A DNA stretch of 63,954 nucleotides, the filler included, from Sanchytrium tribonematis (taxonomy: Eukaryota): NCBI GenBank assembly GCA_018985235.1. It is 5 parts of 5 records of this genome, joined end to end, with 100 filler letters (N's around TTAATTAATTAA, not from the genome) between each part and the next. Parts side by side here need not be neighbours in the genome. Positions count along the whole stretch, not along the records: positions 39,538 to 52,491 come from JADGIG010000203.1; positions 52,592 to 63,954 come from JADGIG010000261.1; 3 more parts are not named here. The stretch is one strand, 5' to 3'. A program made the translations under genes and the position numbers. Each line of letters starts with the position of its first letter. Position 1 is the stretch's first letter. Under the pieces are notes generated by a model. It saw only the letters and a program-made list of their open reading frames with translations, was not told the origin of the DNA and ran no database searches. Below, one piece after another: positions 42,908 to 53,495 of this stretch.

Positions 42908-45460
42908 ATGCTTCTGGATTTATTTTACCACCTGTCAGATGAAGACCCGCAACTTAGAGGTACAGCAGCAAACAAACTTATAGTAACTCTTTCAAATTTA
43001 CCAGAAAGATCCGTTGGACTAGCAGGTCACGAAGATTTGGAATATTGTCTCAAACGACTTTTTAAGGGTCTTCAAAGTAGTAGAGAAAAAGCACGACAAG
43101 GATTTGGTATGGCTCTTACTGAGCTATTAAATGTTCTTCATAAAAGAAATCATAAAATCAAATTGCAAGATTTATTACAGCTTTTGGAATTTAAGAGTTG
43201 CAAGGGACACGAATATCGAGACTTGGTTATGGGAAAGATATTTGGGTATGCATGTATCTGTCAATCTGCAATTCTAACTGAAACTGGAAGTATTTCTGCA
43301 TCTAAAGAAAGTCTTTTTTTCATGGTCGATCAGTTATTAATCATTTACGAGAAGAAAACTTACCTCAAACCAATTATTTGGCAAATTGTCTATCAATTGA
43401 CCGCAATTAACACAGATGCTGCTCAGTATACGTCTTCAAAAATTGTATCCATGGATAATTTATTAATCGTAGCCGTTGCGAAAGATTTTGATTTTGAAAA
43501 TGTTGTAAAATATCTTCACGGAACGACAGGTTTGGCTCCAATTCTACACCCAGTCTACTTTAACATATTAGAACAATGTCCAAAGGATAAACAGATGGCA
43601 GTTTGGAATGATGTTGTAAAATTTTTAAGTGGAGATAATAGAAAAAGATTCCTGCTGCTCAAATTGTATAACAAGGTCATTGAGGAATACCGTTCCTCGT
43701 TTGAACCGATTGTAACCGATGACCGTATTTATAATCTGATCTCCAAATCTATTTCGTCGCGATCGAAATCTCTCAAAAATATTTGTCATGTTGTTCTTCC
43801 CAACATTTCAAATCTATCCAAAAATGTATCGGAAATTAGTCTTATTTTATCAAATTACAGCAATTTAAAGGAACATGCCCAAATGGACAACTTGTCTCTA
43901 GAATTGATGGAAAAGTTTCTGAATGACGATTCCAAAGACAAATTGCTCTTATTTAAACATTTAATACGTTCAAAGAAAGTCGACCTTGTTAAAAAATATT
44001 TCCAGTTTGTTTCTGAGGAAGAATCAATGTCAATTTTAAAGTTTACGATCGAAATTCCTATCGAAAGCGTGAAGCTTGATCTCATTTTATTCATTTTAAA
44101 ATCATTAGATTTCAAACATTCCAAACTCTTGGAAAAGTGTCTTGAAAAGAACAGAATGGCCGCAGCCTCTTGTTTGATAGCTTACTTTTTGGTTGAGAAA
44201 AACAATTTTGTACCTGTTGATGAGGACATGGAACAAGATATTCTGAATGCATGCGAAAACAAGTTTCTGAAGGACGGAAATGCATACGATGTTTTGGCGG
44301 ATATTTATGTCAATTTTTTAACCATCTCGTCGTCTGTTATTAGACACATTATTTCCATGGGCTCCAAGGATTTATCAATGGGAATTTCAAAGGCAGGACT
44401 GCAGGTTATTTTGGATGTACTTCTCAATCAAGAAGTTGAATTTGAAGACGCATCTGATGAGGATATGAGTGACGCTATGACCATATCAACTGATGACGAA
44501 AGCGATGAAAGTTCTGAAGTAAGTGAATCAGATATGAGTGACGTTGAGTATAGTAGTGAAGGTCAAGATTTAGAAGCCGCATTAAATACTGCTGTGAAAG
44601 AAATTGGCAGCGAGGAAGACGATGCATCCAGTGTCAATTCTGAATACATGTTTAAAATAGATGCTCATTTTGAGAAAATGTTCAAATTGAAAAAGCAAGA
44701 AAATATAAAAAAATTAGACGCAAGCCATTTTCAATCAAAAGTTTTAGATATTATTGAGCAGTTTTTACATGTTAGAAATGAGCCTGCCATGACTTATATT
44801 GCATTTTATTCTATTTTTCAATATCGTAAAAGGCTTACATCAGAATCAGTTCTCAGCACTAAATGCGACAAAATGGCTCAGTATCTCAATCAGAGTGATA
44901 GAGATTATCAAAATTTAAATTTAACAAAATTACAAATTGATGATGTGAAGAAAATTCTAGAGGAAATTAATTTGAATGGCGCGTTTAAAGTTTACTATTC
45001 TGTTGTGATCAAAATGACGTATCACTTAAAAGATTGCAAGGAAATTATTTTTGAAAAATGTTCAAAGTACATGAATTCTCAAATTAATGATCTTCCAGGA
45101 TATAATATGGTTTTGAGAGACATTTTATCAAGCAGTCCAGATCAAGATCGATCCAAATTACTCGCTCAGGGGATGTTGGATGGTTCTGGCTCGATTTTAT
45201 TATTTAAAGAGTTATTCTCAACCAATGAAAAAATGCAAAAATTGAGAAATAGATTGAAACCACTTCTACAGCTCTGGAGAAATTTGAAGAAGAATGAGCA
45301 AATTGCTGACGTACAGAACAAACTTATCGAAATCATAAACGAAAAAACTCAAGATTTAAAAAAAGAAAAGCAACAAGTGGGAGCATTGAAAGGAATTGTA
45401 CACAGTATAGTGGATGCAACAGGTATTAAAAAGCAAGATATTTTGTTATTCAGTAAATAA
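42908..45460 (+). CDS. POL5: Pol5/MYBBP1A nucleolar protein
   Basis: LDLFYHLS, LEYCLKRLFKGLQSSREKARQGFGMALTELL; acidic tract; MFKID..F. Confidence 0.87.
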   Translation: MLLDLFYHLSDEDPQLRGTAANKLIVTLSNLPERSVGLAGHEDLEYCLKRLFKGLQSSREKARQGFGMALTELLNVLHKRNHKIKLQDLLQLLEFKSCKGHEYRDLVMGKIFGYACICQSAILTETGSISASKESLFFMVDQLLIIYEKKTYLKPIIWQIVYQLTAINTDAAQYTSSKIVSMDNLLIVAVAKDFDFENVVKYLHGTTGLAPILHPVYFNILEQCPKDKQMAVWNDVVKFLSGDNRKRFLLLKLYNKVIEEYRSSFEPIVTDDRIYNLISKSISSRSKSLKNICHVVLPNISNLSKNVSEISLILSNYSNLKEHAQMDNLSLELMEKFLNDDSKDKLLLFKHLIRSKKVDLVKKYFQFVSEEESMSILKFTIEIPIESVKLDLILFILKSLDFKHSKLLEKCLEKNRMAAASCLIAYFLVEKNNFVPVDEDMEQDILNACENKFLKDGNAYDVLADIYVNFLTISSSVIRHIISMGSKDLSMGISKAGLQVILDVLLNQEVEFEDASDEDMSDAMTISTDDESDESSEVSESDMSDVEYSSEGQDLEAALNTAVKEIGSEEDDASSVNSEYMFKIDAHFEKMFKLKKQENIKKLDASHFQSKVLDIIEQFLHVRNEPAMTYIAFYSIFQYRKRLTSESVLSTKCDKMAQYLNQSDRDYQNLNLTKLQIDDVKKILEEINLNGAFKVYYSVVIKMTYHLKDCKEIIFEKCSKYMNSQINDLPGYNMVLRDILSSSPDQDRSKLLAQGMLDGSGSILLFKELFSTNEKMQKLRNRLKPLLQLWRNLKKNEQIADVQNKLIEIINEKTQDLKKEKQQVGALKGIVHSIVDATGIKKQDILLFSK

Positions 45461-45524
45461 ATTTTATTAAAGCTAGTTGATTGGTAAAAATTGAATTAAA
45501 AGGGGCCCGCTACTTTTTGGGAAA

Positions 45525-46502
45525 ATGAATCCTTTGTTCAAAAAAATTTTCAAATTCCTTAAAAAGATAAAAAAAATAATCGACGAGGGCAAGGATGTAT
45601 CTCATGATAACTCCACTCCAGAACAACAAACACAGCAACAGCAGTCGACCTCTCAACCACCTATTGAAAAGCAGCACAACCAAAATATTGAAAAACCAAC
45701 TAAATTCAGTGGTACGCCGACCACTGAGGAGTTACAGACTGCAAGTGCGGCTTTGCAAAAGCTTTGGGACTTAGACGTTAGGCTAAACATCAACATCAAT
45801 AGACAAGGTAAGACCACCGTTTTCAACAGAGGTGACAAGGCCAAAGATCCCTTATTCAGTAGTATGGATCTGAAAAGTCTTTCTCCTTCCTTTCAAAGTT
45901 TTATTGCTTTGCTCGATAATTACACTAAGGAAACCGGCAAGGCAGAAAAACATGGCTCGATTGAATTGGAAGAACAGAAGTCATTCATTGCAGCTGTTCT
46001 AAAAACTCCAGTGGGAAATTATCTAAGAAGTTATTTAACTGGCTGTGGAGTATCTCAAAATGCTGAGAAATATCTAATTGATCTTTGGTTTGGATTGCAA
46101 AAAAGGGACACTCACCAGGATTCAAGTCCCTTCGAACACGTTTTTGTGGGAGAGATTCGAAATAATAAAGTTATTGGTATGCACAACTGGGTCCAAGCCT
46201 ATTGTGAGGAGCAAAAGGGCGTATTTGACTATCAAGGATTTGTGACGTCTCCATACAAATCTCAGTACGTTACAAATGTTCAATTTACTTGGCATGGCTA
46301 CATGAAGCAAGTCTCTTCCATGTTCATTGGGACAACTCCAGAATTCGAATTGGCAATGTACACAATATCATATTTGCACATCGTGAAAAATAATCTGGAA
46401 AGTATTGATGCGATTTTTGATAGCGTTCCTTTGAAAATTACCGTGCATACTTTTGGTAAAGGGAAAATCGGAGGAGCTTATCCCGAGATTGCACGGCAAT
46501 AA
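45525..46502 (+). CDS. EndoU/XendoU poly(U)-specific endoribonuclease
   Basis: LWDLD, ALLDNY, SSPFEHVFVGE, GMHNWVQ, FIGTTPEFELAMYT, GGAYP. Confidence 0.92.
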   Translation: MNPLFKKIFKFLKKIKKIIDEGKDVSHDNSTPEQQTQQQQSTSQPPIEKQHNQNIEKPTKFSGTPTTEELQTASAALQKLWDLDVRLNININRQGKTTVFNRGDKAKDPLFSSMDLKSLSPSFQSFIALLDNYTKETGKAEKHGSIELEEQKSFIAAVLKTPVGNYLRSYLTGCGVSQNAEKYLIDLWFGLQKRDTHQDSSPFEHVFVGEIRNNKVIGMHNWVQAYCEEQKGVFDYQGFVTSPYKSQYVTNVQFTWHGYMKQVSSMFIGTTPEFELAMYTISYLHIVKNNLESIDAIFDSVPLKITVHTFGKGKIGGAYPEIARQ

Positions 46503-46580
46503 GGCATTTCAATAAAAAATTTTGGAACCAATAAAACACGTCTCAAACGGCATGAAAATAGCCTCACATCTGAAGATCTA

Positions 46581-47063
46581 ATGAACTCCTTGAAAAAGTA
46601 TTCAATGGTGTCAACAGATCAATTGCAAGTAGCTACGATTGTTCACAACGCATTATACAACACTGACAATGCTGAACTGCAACATCAAGCTTTTCAATTT
46701 ATCTCTGATGACTGCCAATTTGTAAATCCAATCGTTCATTTGAGTGGGAAAAAACAAATCGACAGCAACTTTAGTTTATCTTCCAGATTCTCTCCAAACA
46801 CAAAGGTGCTTTCAATTACATCCACAAACCAAAATATTGTCATCATTGATTGTTTGGTCACATGGAATTTCTTTTTTAACGTCAAATTCAGACATTTAAC
46901 TAAGATGAATATCAAAAGTAGCAAAGTTGTATTTATAGAGGATGTTTGGTCAGTCCAAGATATGATTTCTGGAATTCCACTTATCGGTGCGGTATACAAA
47001 TCTTTGCTACCTCACGCTGGTACTTTCTTCAGCAAATGGGGAAGCTCTTTTAAATCAGAATAA
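46581..47063 (+). CDS. NTF2/SnoaL-like fold protein
   Basis: DCQFVNPIVHLSG...IEDVWS...IPLIG pattern. Confidence 0.65.
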   Translation: MNSLKKYSMVSTDQLQVATIVHNALYNTDNAELQHQAFQFISDDCQFVNPIVHLSGKKQIDSNFSLSSRFSPNTKVLSITSTNQNIVIIDCLVTWNFFFNVKFRHLTKMNIKSSKVVFIEDVWSVQDMISGIPLIGAVYKSLLPHAGTFFSKWGSSFKSE

Positions 47064-47269
47064 ATATTTGAGAATAAAATTTATTATACTAGTTTTAAGC
47101 CAAATACAGAATAGTTTTTACCTCCACTTATATGGGCAATCTGTGAACCCTCATTGAAAAATGATGCGCTTTGACTAAAATTGACTCCAATTAAACAGAA
47201 TTTGATCAGGTTGAACAAGTAGGTCAATCAGCACATCGTTTGAAATTTATAAAATTGAAAACATAGGAG

Positions 47270-50200
47270 ATGATTGAGGAAGAAATTCTTCTTGAAGAAC
47301 AAAATTACGATACATATATAGAGATAGACATAGATACCCCATTAGAAATCGAGTTTACAAACGAGAAGCCCAAAGAAAAGCAAAAAATTTTAGCCAAGTT
47401 TAAAAAAGCTGAATTTGAGTATCTCGATCAATATGCTATAGCAGAAAAATCAACTGAATTTGTAAGACCAAGGCACTTGATAATGGGCTCTGTTGTAACT
47501 GAGTATACCTATGACATGGACATTTTGGACACAGAGTATTTGAATGCACTCCGCCAATTGAAAATGCATATTGACAAAAGAGATTTTCAAATTCTAATGA
47601 AAAAATTTGATCTTGAATGGCATTATTTAACAAAAGACTTGATAAGAGCGCATCAGCCAGATAATCCTTGTCAGATTTGCATGTCTAACGAGGTCCACCA
47701 CAATTCTAATGCAATCGTCTACTGCGATAGTTGCAATTTGACAGCGCACCAAGACTGCTATGGTATACCTTATATATGCGATGGGCCCTTTTTCTGTCGC
47801 AAGTGTATTTTAGACCCAAGAGGGAACCCAAAATGTGTTTTTTGTAATCAATCCGGAGGCCCAATGAAACGAACCAAACAGAATAATTGGGGACATGTTA
47901 TATGTGCATTTTTTTTACCCGAAGTTTATTTTGCAAACGATGTATATTTGGAACCTATTGACGGTGTAAAGAAAATTCAAAAGGATCGATGGAGGTTAAT
48001 CTGTACTATCTGTAAACAGAAAGGAGCTTGTATTCAATGTTATAAGAAGGGATGCTTTACAGCAATGCATGTATATTGTGCACAAAAAGAAGGGTACTGT
48101 CTTAGATTTCCTGGTCAGTGTGAACCAAGCGAGAACTTTTGCGGGTACTGCAGCAAACATACTCCTGAAAATTGGAAAGCAACTAATTTGAAGCTGAGTC
48201 TCAGCAATTCCTTAGACAATAACCCAATACCACAGGACTTGGCGAAAAACCCCGTTATGCCTGAGAAAGGCTTTGTAAATGCTACAAAGAATTTAAATAT
48301 ACCCGAAAAAGAGAAATACGCGCTCGTAAAGTACTGGTCTATGAAAAGATCTCACAAGGGAACAGCTCTTGTGAGGCAACTGGAGCACGAACCTCGCAAT
48401 ATCAGTCCTAAAGATCGGCAAAAGGTAGAAGATTTAAAAAGCGAATTAGAAACATTGAGAAAGTATTTGCATAGTATTAAACAAGAGTCACAAATTGAAC
48501 TCTCTTTGTTTCGAAACTACTTCAGAATATGGCAATTGATAATTAAACCGAAGCACCAAATGATCTCTCAGGCTGTTGAACGATTAAAAGGACTGGACCC
48601 TCAGCACATCTTTGCTACAAAAGTGAGTGATGATGTGCCACAATATTACGATATTATTAAAAATCCGATGGATTTTGAATCAATGGAGCTAAAACTTCAA
48701 TATTCAAAATACAAAACGTACGAAGATTTTGAGATAGATGTTCAACATATTTGGAAAAATGCCCAAATTTATAATTCCCCGGAAAGTATTTACTATGCTG
48801 CTGCTGAAGATTTGAGACTTGGGTCGCTAGAAATATTGCAGGAGGTCAAAAACAAGTGGCAACAGCTTCCAATTAATATGGAAACAGAATTACTTACCAA
48901 TTACAAGGATCTTGATAACAGTAAACTTGTGAAACTGTTGGAAATAGCTCGTAATATACTTGGTGGCAAATCAGATAAAGAAATTGTGTTAGATGATGAA
49001 ATATTTGCCGACGTTCCAAATAGACAATTCAATGTTACACCAGAAGGACTCCGACCTTTAGTATTGCGAAATAGTGTTAAAATTAGTCCACCAAAGAAAA
49101 GGAAAGCTGATGTGTTAGAAACCGTTGTTCGGTCTCCAAAGCCGAGAAAATCTAAATCTATGCAAGTCAGCATCATTTCTGAAAATTCAACTTCCAGGCG
49201 AAAAACGAGGTCGCGAGCAAATTCTCCTGAAAAAGAATTTTCTTCTATTAGAGTCACAAGGTCACGAAAAGCAAGCCTGGAAAGCCTTGAAGTTGCTACA
49301 AATGCAGTCGCGACTCCAGTTTCTAAAAGTAACTTGAGCAAAATTCAAAAGCAGATACTTCAAGACGTCTTCTCTAGCTCTCCAAGTCCTAAGAAAAAAA
49401 ATTATCAAATAGAGGAACAAGATGGCGATAATACTGGACAACAGTCTGATATCAGTGTACCTTCAGACTTTTCTATACTTTCAAATGCTGAAGACACTCA
49501 AAGGGTAAGAAAATCAAAAAGAATAAATTCTAAGAGCGTCGAATTAACCACTAGGCGAAGTACTAGAACCAAAACAAAGAAAGCAAATCAAACGAAAAAG
49601 AAGAAAAGTCTATCAAATATATCAGAAAGCATTAATCGAAAATTATCGGAACTTGATGAGATTATAAATAGCACTGAATCTAAAATCATAGACAATGTGT
49701 TGCGAAGAGCTAGTGCTGAAAAGAGGAAATCAAAAAAGCAAAAGAAAAATTCTTTAAAAATTGATACTGACTTTGATTTTAATGATGAAGTTCTTAGCAC
49801 CCCAAAACGAATGGACAGGGTAATTGTTACACGTCCGGGAACCCCAGAGGATGTACTTTTACCGCTAAAAAGATCACCAAAATATCCAGTAACAAATGAA
49901 GCCAATCGTTCGAAATCGAATGATTCTTCTAAAGACATCGGCAAAGTTGCAATAACATGGAAGCTGAATGATATATGTTGGGCCAAGGTTGTTGGCTTTC
50001 CATATTATCCCGCAAAAGTGCAAAAACCAAATTTAAATGAAATTAAATCAAAAAAGGGAGACCAAATTTATGTTCAATTCTACGATTCTAAAAACTACTA
50101 GTATTTCTTATTTATTAAGTGGTTGGGTCGACTCGTCCAGTATTAAGCCTCTGGGTGGCAAAAACATTGATAATTCTACATTCAAAGGCCAAAAGTACTC

Positions 50201-50288
50201 TTCATCGGTTAGCAGATCAGACGTTTTACATGCATATCATCGTGCATGCAAAGAAAATGACATTTCACCAAATTTACCTGAACACTAA
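47270..50288 (+). CDS. BRPF/Nto1-like scaffold (EPL, PHD-Zn-PHD, bromodomain, PWWP); exons 47270-50100 and 50120-50288
   Basis: YDMDILD, CQIC..NAIVYCDSCNLTAHQDCYG, YYDIIKNPMD..NAQIYN, WAKVVGFPYYPA; splicing completes PWWP (YYGWV). Confidence 0.9.
50101..50119 (+). other. 19-nt spliceosomal intron GTATTTCTTATTTATTAAG
   Basis: Converts TA|G stop into TAT and completes the PWWP domain. Confidence 0.88.
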
Positions 50289-50322
50289 CTGAAGTGAAAT
50301 AAATCTGGTATTTTTGATACAT

Positions 50323-51036
50323 ATGGAGACTGTTTTGCTTGGTGGATTGCAAATTAATTTATATTACAGCAGTGAAAGCAGTAGCATGCTCATTCTGATG
50401 CTACACGGTAGACTTGGGAAACATCAAGATGTTGAGTTTCTGGCTAAAGCTTTAGTTGATTTTGATCCAAGATATACAGTCGCAACTTTTGATTTACAAA
50501 ATCACGGGACACGTTCAATTGATCAATCCAGGAATGAAGATTGGAAAGCTGGAAATATGACACACCACTTAGACATGTTGTCTTGCCAACTAGGAACGAT
50601 TCGAGATTGCCAAACAATAATAGATCTTATACCCTTGTACAAGCCCAGATTCAACAAATTTGGTGTTTGTGGAGTTAGTCTGGGTGGTCATGTTGCATTG
50701 ATGCTAACTGGAATAGACTCCAGAATATCATTTTGTATTTCATTTATTGGGTCTTTGAATCAAACCAAATTGATGAAAGGTCGCAAAATCGGAGGTGTTC
50801 ATTTTTCGACATATTATTTAGATTTGATGAAGCAATTCAATCCTTTTAATACCCTTAGATCGTCTTCGGTGCCTATATTAATGCTCAATGGATCCCAGGA
50901 TACTTTGGTTCCCTCTTCAACTAATGAAGATCATCATTTATTTAATATTGATTATTTTGAGTTTCCTTTTGGTCATACAGTGAAAAAGCCAATGGTTGAA
51001 AAATGTCTGAGTTGGATTGCTGAAATGAATTTTTGA
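50323..51036 (+). CDS. Alpha/beta hydrolase
   Basis: LHGRLG, FDLQNHGTR, GVSLGGH nucleophile elbow, GSQDTLVP, GH. Confidence 0.88.
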   Translation: METVLLGGLQINLYYSSESSSMLILMLHGRLGKHQDVEFLAKALVDFDPRYTVATFDLQNHGTRSIDQSRNEDWKAGNMTHHLDMLSCQLGTIRDCQTIIDLIPLYKPRFNKFGVCGVSLGGHVALMLTGIDSRISFCISFIGSLNQTKLMKGRKIGGVHFSTYYLDLMKQFNPFNTLRSSSVPILMLNGSQDTLVPSSTNEDHHLFNIDYFEFPFGHTVKKPMVEKCLSWIAEMNF

Positions 51037-51216
51037 AACAAAGGAACTGTAACTTTTATTTTAAGGAACTTGATGTAATATAAATTTTACATTAGCATTA
51101 CTGAAAGCTAAAATCTTTACACTTTTTGAATACTGGGCATAAACGTTAGCTGCCAAGATTTTACGTTTTCGACGTTTTCTGGGTATAATCATATTTTGAA
51201 AATGTATTGAAACAAA

Positions 51217-52387
51217 ATGTATTTATTTTTACTTTCTGCTGTATTTTCTAAAGTGTTTATGGGTTATTATACCAATTGGTCGGGTCTACCGGTCTCTTCC
51301 ATACCTTGGTATTTAACTCATTTGTCTTACGCTTTTGCCCAAGTGGGACCTGATGGGACAGTGTCCAATTTTGACCCTGTGGATGTAGGCAATCCAAGTG
51401 GATGTAATGCGGGTGGATTGTACTATGAAATTTATAAGTTGAAACAGACTAGGCCGTGGTTGAAAAACATTTTGTCAATTGGAGGTTGGACATTTAGGGA
51501 CACGTTCTACCCTGTGATGAGTGATCCCGTCAAGCGAGCCAAATTTGTGAGTAGTTCAATTACTCTTGCAATGAATTATGGTTTTGACGGTAATTTATTT
51601 TAATTTAGGTCTAGATGTAGATTGGGAATATCCCAATAGTTTGCAAGAAGGATCATTTTACGTGACCATGATGAAAGATTTAAGGAAAGCGTTAGATTTT
51701 GCTGGTCTAAGGGATGGAAAACATTACATTTTGACATCTGCAATTCCTGCTAGTCAGTACCTCTTGAATAACTTCTTATTGGAACAATCACGAAAGTATG
51801 TTGACTGGTTTAATTTGATGGCTTACGATGCATCTGTAGGGACTAGTGCTGCGGTGAACCAAAGTCCTTTGTATAAAAATCCAAATGATCCTACGGGGTC
51901 AAGCTCGAGTGAAGTTATCAACTATATGCGAGCTAAAGGTGTGAACAGAAATCAAATCGTATTAGGCATACCGTTATATGCACACCAATACAATGTAGCA
52001 CCAAATGATCCTAAAAATGGACTGTTTAGTCCAAAAACTTCTAGTACAGATTCTTGGATTACCAACAAAGACATTGTAAGTTTATTGAATACTGGTAAAT
52101 ATAAGCAATTTTATGACGGTACTTCTCAAGTTCCATATCTCTATAATTCACAAGATGGCTTATTTGTGACATATGACAACGTACAATCGGTGACTGCCAA
52201 AGTGAAATATACAAATTACAAAAAATTAAGAGGCATTTTCTTTTGGGAGATTAATCAAGATTTTTTGACAGATCAATTAGAAGTCGCCGTATTGCCACAC
52301 GCACAGGAAACAATCTCGGGACTTACTTATTGGCCTGCTACAAAACTCTGCTCACCGACATCTATTTATTGTAATATAAAATGTTAA
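51217..52387 (+). CDS. Secreted GH18 chitinase; exons 51217-51589 and 51609-52387
   Basis: Signal peptide, THLSYAFA, SIGGWT; splicing gives FDGLDVDWEYP; NLMAYD, FFWE. Confidence 0.94.
51590..51608 (+). other. 19-nt spliceosomal intron GTAATTTATTTTAATTTAG
   Basis: Splits the GH18 catalytic DxxDxDxE motif; removal restores it exactly. Confidence 0.93.
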
Positions 52388-52398
52388 TAAAGTTTGTT

Positions 52399-52491
52399 TT
52401 AATATCTTGGTCTTTTATAATGATCTCTCTCTGAATTCCCTCTTCTTCTGTCATCATCAAAGCTTCTTCTATCTTGATACCCGCCATTGTT
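52399..52491 (-). CDS. 3' fragment of an Arg/Asp-rich protein ending ...DHYKRPRY
   Basis: Open frame from the contig edge: NNGGYQDRRSFDDDRRRGNSERDHYKRPRY*. Confidence 0.5.
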   Translation of the reverse strand, partial: NNGGYQDRRSFDDDRRRGNSERDHYKRPRY

Positions 52492-52591
52492 NNNNNNNNN
52501 NNNNNNNNNNNNNNNNNNNNNNNNNNNNNNNNNNNTTAATTAATTAANNNNNNNNNNNNNNNNNNNNNNNNNNNNNNNNNNNNNNNNNNNN
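52492..52591. other. Artificial contig linker
   Basis: N44-TTAATTAATTAA-N44. Confidence 0.98.
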
Positions 52592-53250
52592 ATGCTTGTT
52601 TCAACAAATTAGAAGGTTTAACGTATCCCCTACCAGATACTTTAATCCGTTTAAATTTGGATAACAATAAGATTAAATCACCACTGATTTTGCCACCCAA
52701 TTTAGAAAGCTTTACGGGGCAAGGAAATATGTTTTATGGCTCTTTAGATTTGCTTCCATTATCTCTGACTGATATTTTTATCGGATTTAATGATCTGTCT
52801 GGTGACATCTCAAATATCACATTTTATCATTTGCAGCAAAATGCTGTTTCCCAATTAAAAGAACTTCAAGTACATTACAATCAATTTAGTGGCCATTTAC
52901 CCCAATTACCACCGAATATGAATAAATTGGCGCTTCATGGTAACTTATTTGTGGGTTCTTTAGGTTTGATTCCAGATACATTGAGTGAATTATATATTTA
53001 TGGTTTGTAATTGCCAGGAGCCATTTATTTGAAACGACCAACAGTTTTGCACATAGAAGATACATTGGTGTATAATTTGACTTTAGCAGATACTTCTCAA
53101 ATTGCATCAGTAACAGATTGTAGCTTTTCAAGAACTCCTTTATTGAATAACTCATTTGTAGAAGTTTTATTTCCAATTTGTCAACATGACAATTTGTTTC
53201 TTAATGCTCCACTACAATTGATTTCCACTAAGAGCAACGGGATTTCGAGC

Positions 53251-53379
53251 CTATCTGAATCCACTATTGTAGAGTATTCAACAAGTGATCAAATGGAATC
53301 TACCTTATCTGAAGCCACAATTGTATCACATTCAACAAGTGATCAAATGGAATCTACCTTGTCTGAAGCCACCATTGTT
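53251..53379 (+). repeat. Coding 54-nt tandem repeat (~2.4 copies)
   Basis: LSESTIVEYSTSDQMEST / LSEATIVSHSTSDQMEST / LSEATIV, starting at 53251, 53305 and 53359. Confidence 0.9.
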
Positions 53380-53476
53380 ACTAGAAACTTCAAATTTACT
53401 ACTACGACTAGCTTTTTCAAGCTACAAAGCAGTGAAATTTTAAACATGACATTATCCACCATTTCAAATGTAACAA

Positions 53477-53495
53477 CCTCTGTTAAAATGTATAA
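53477..53495 (+). repeat. 5' target-site duplication CCTCTGTTAAAATGTATAA
   Basis: Identical 19-mer at 58441-58459. Confidence 0.95.

Noticed and set aside
1829..51608. Split ORFs as pseudogenes, programmed frameshifts or sequencing errors
   Set aside because: Each break coincides with a GTA...AG segment of 19-20 nt sharing one consensus, and its removal restores the frame.
13148..52591. Repeated TTAATTAATTAA flanked by N runs as a biological repeat
   Set aside because: Identical 100-nt all-frame-stop linkers join contigs of decreasing size (13094, 12996, 12954 nt). This is an artefact, and adjacency across linkers is meaningless.
53008..53010. In-frame TAA as evidence of stop-codon reassignment (TAR=Gln)
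   Set aside because: TAA and TAG terminate conserved genes at expected positions throughout; a single case in an already disrupted gene fits a nonsense mutation.
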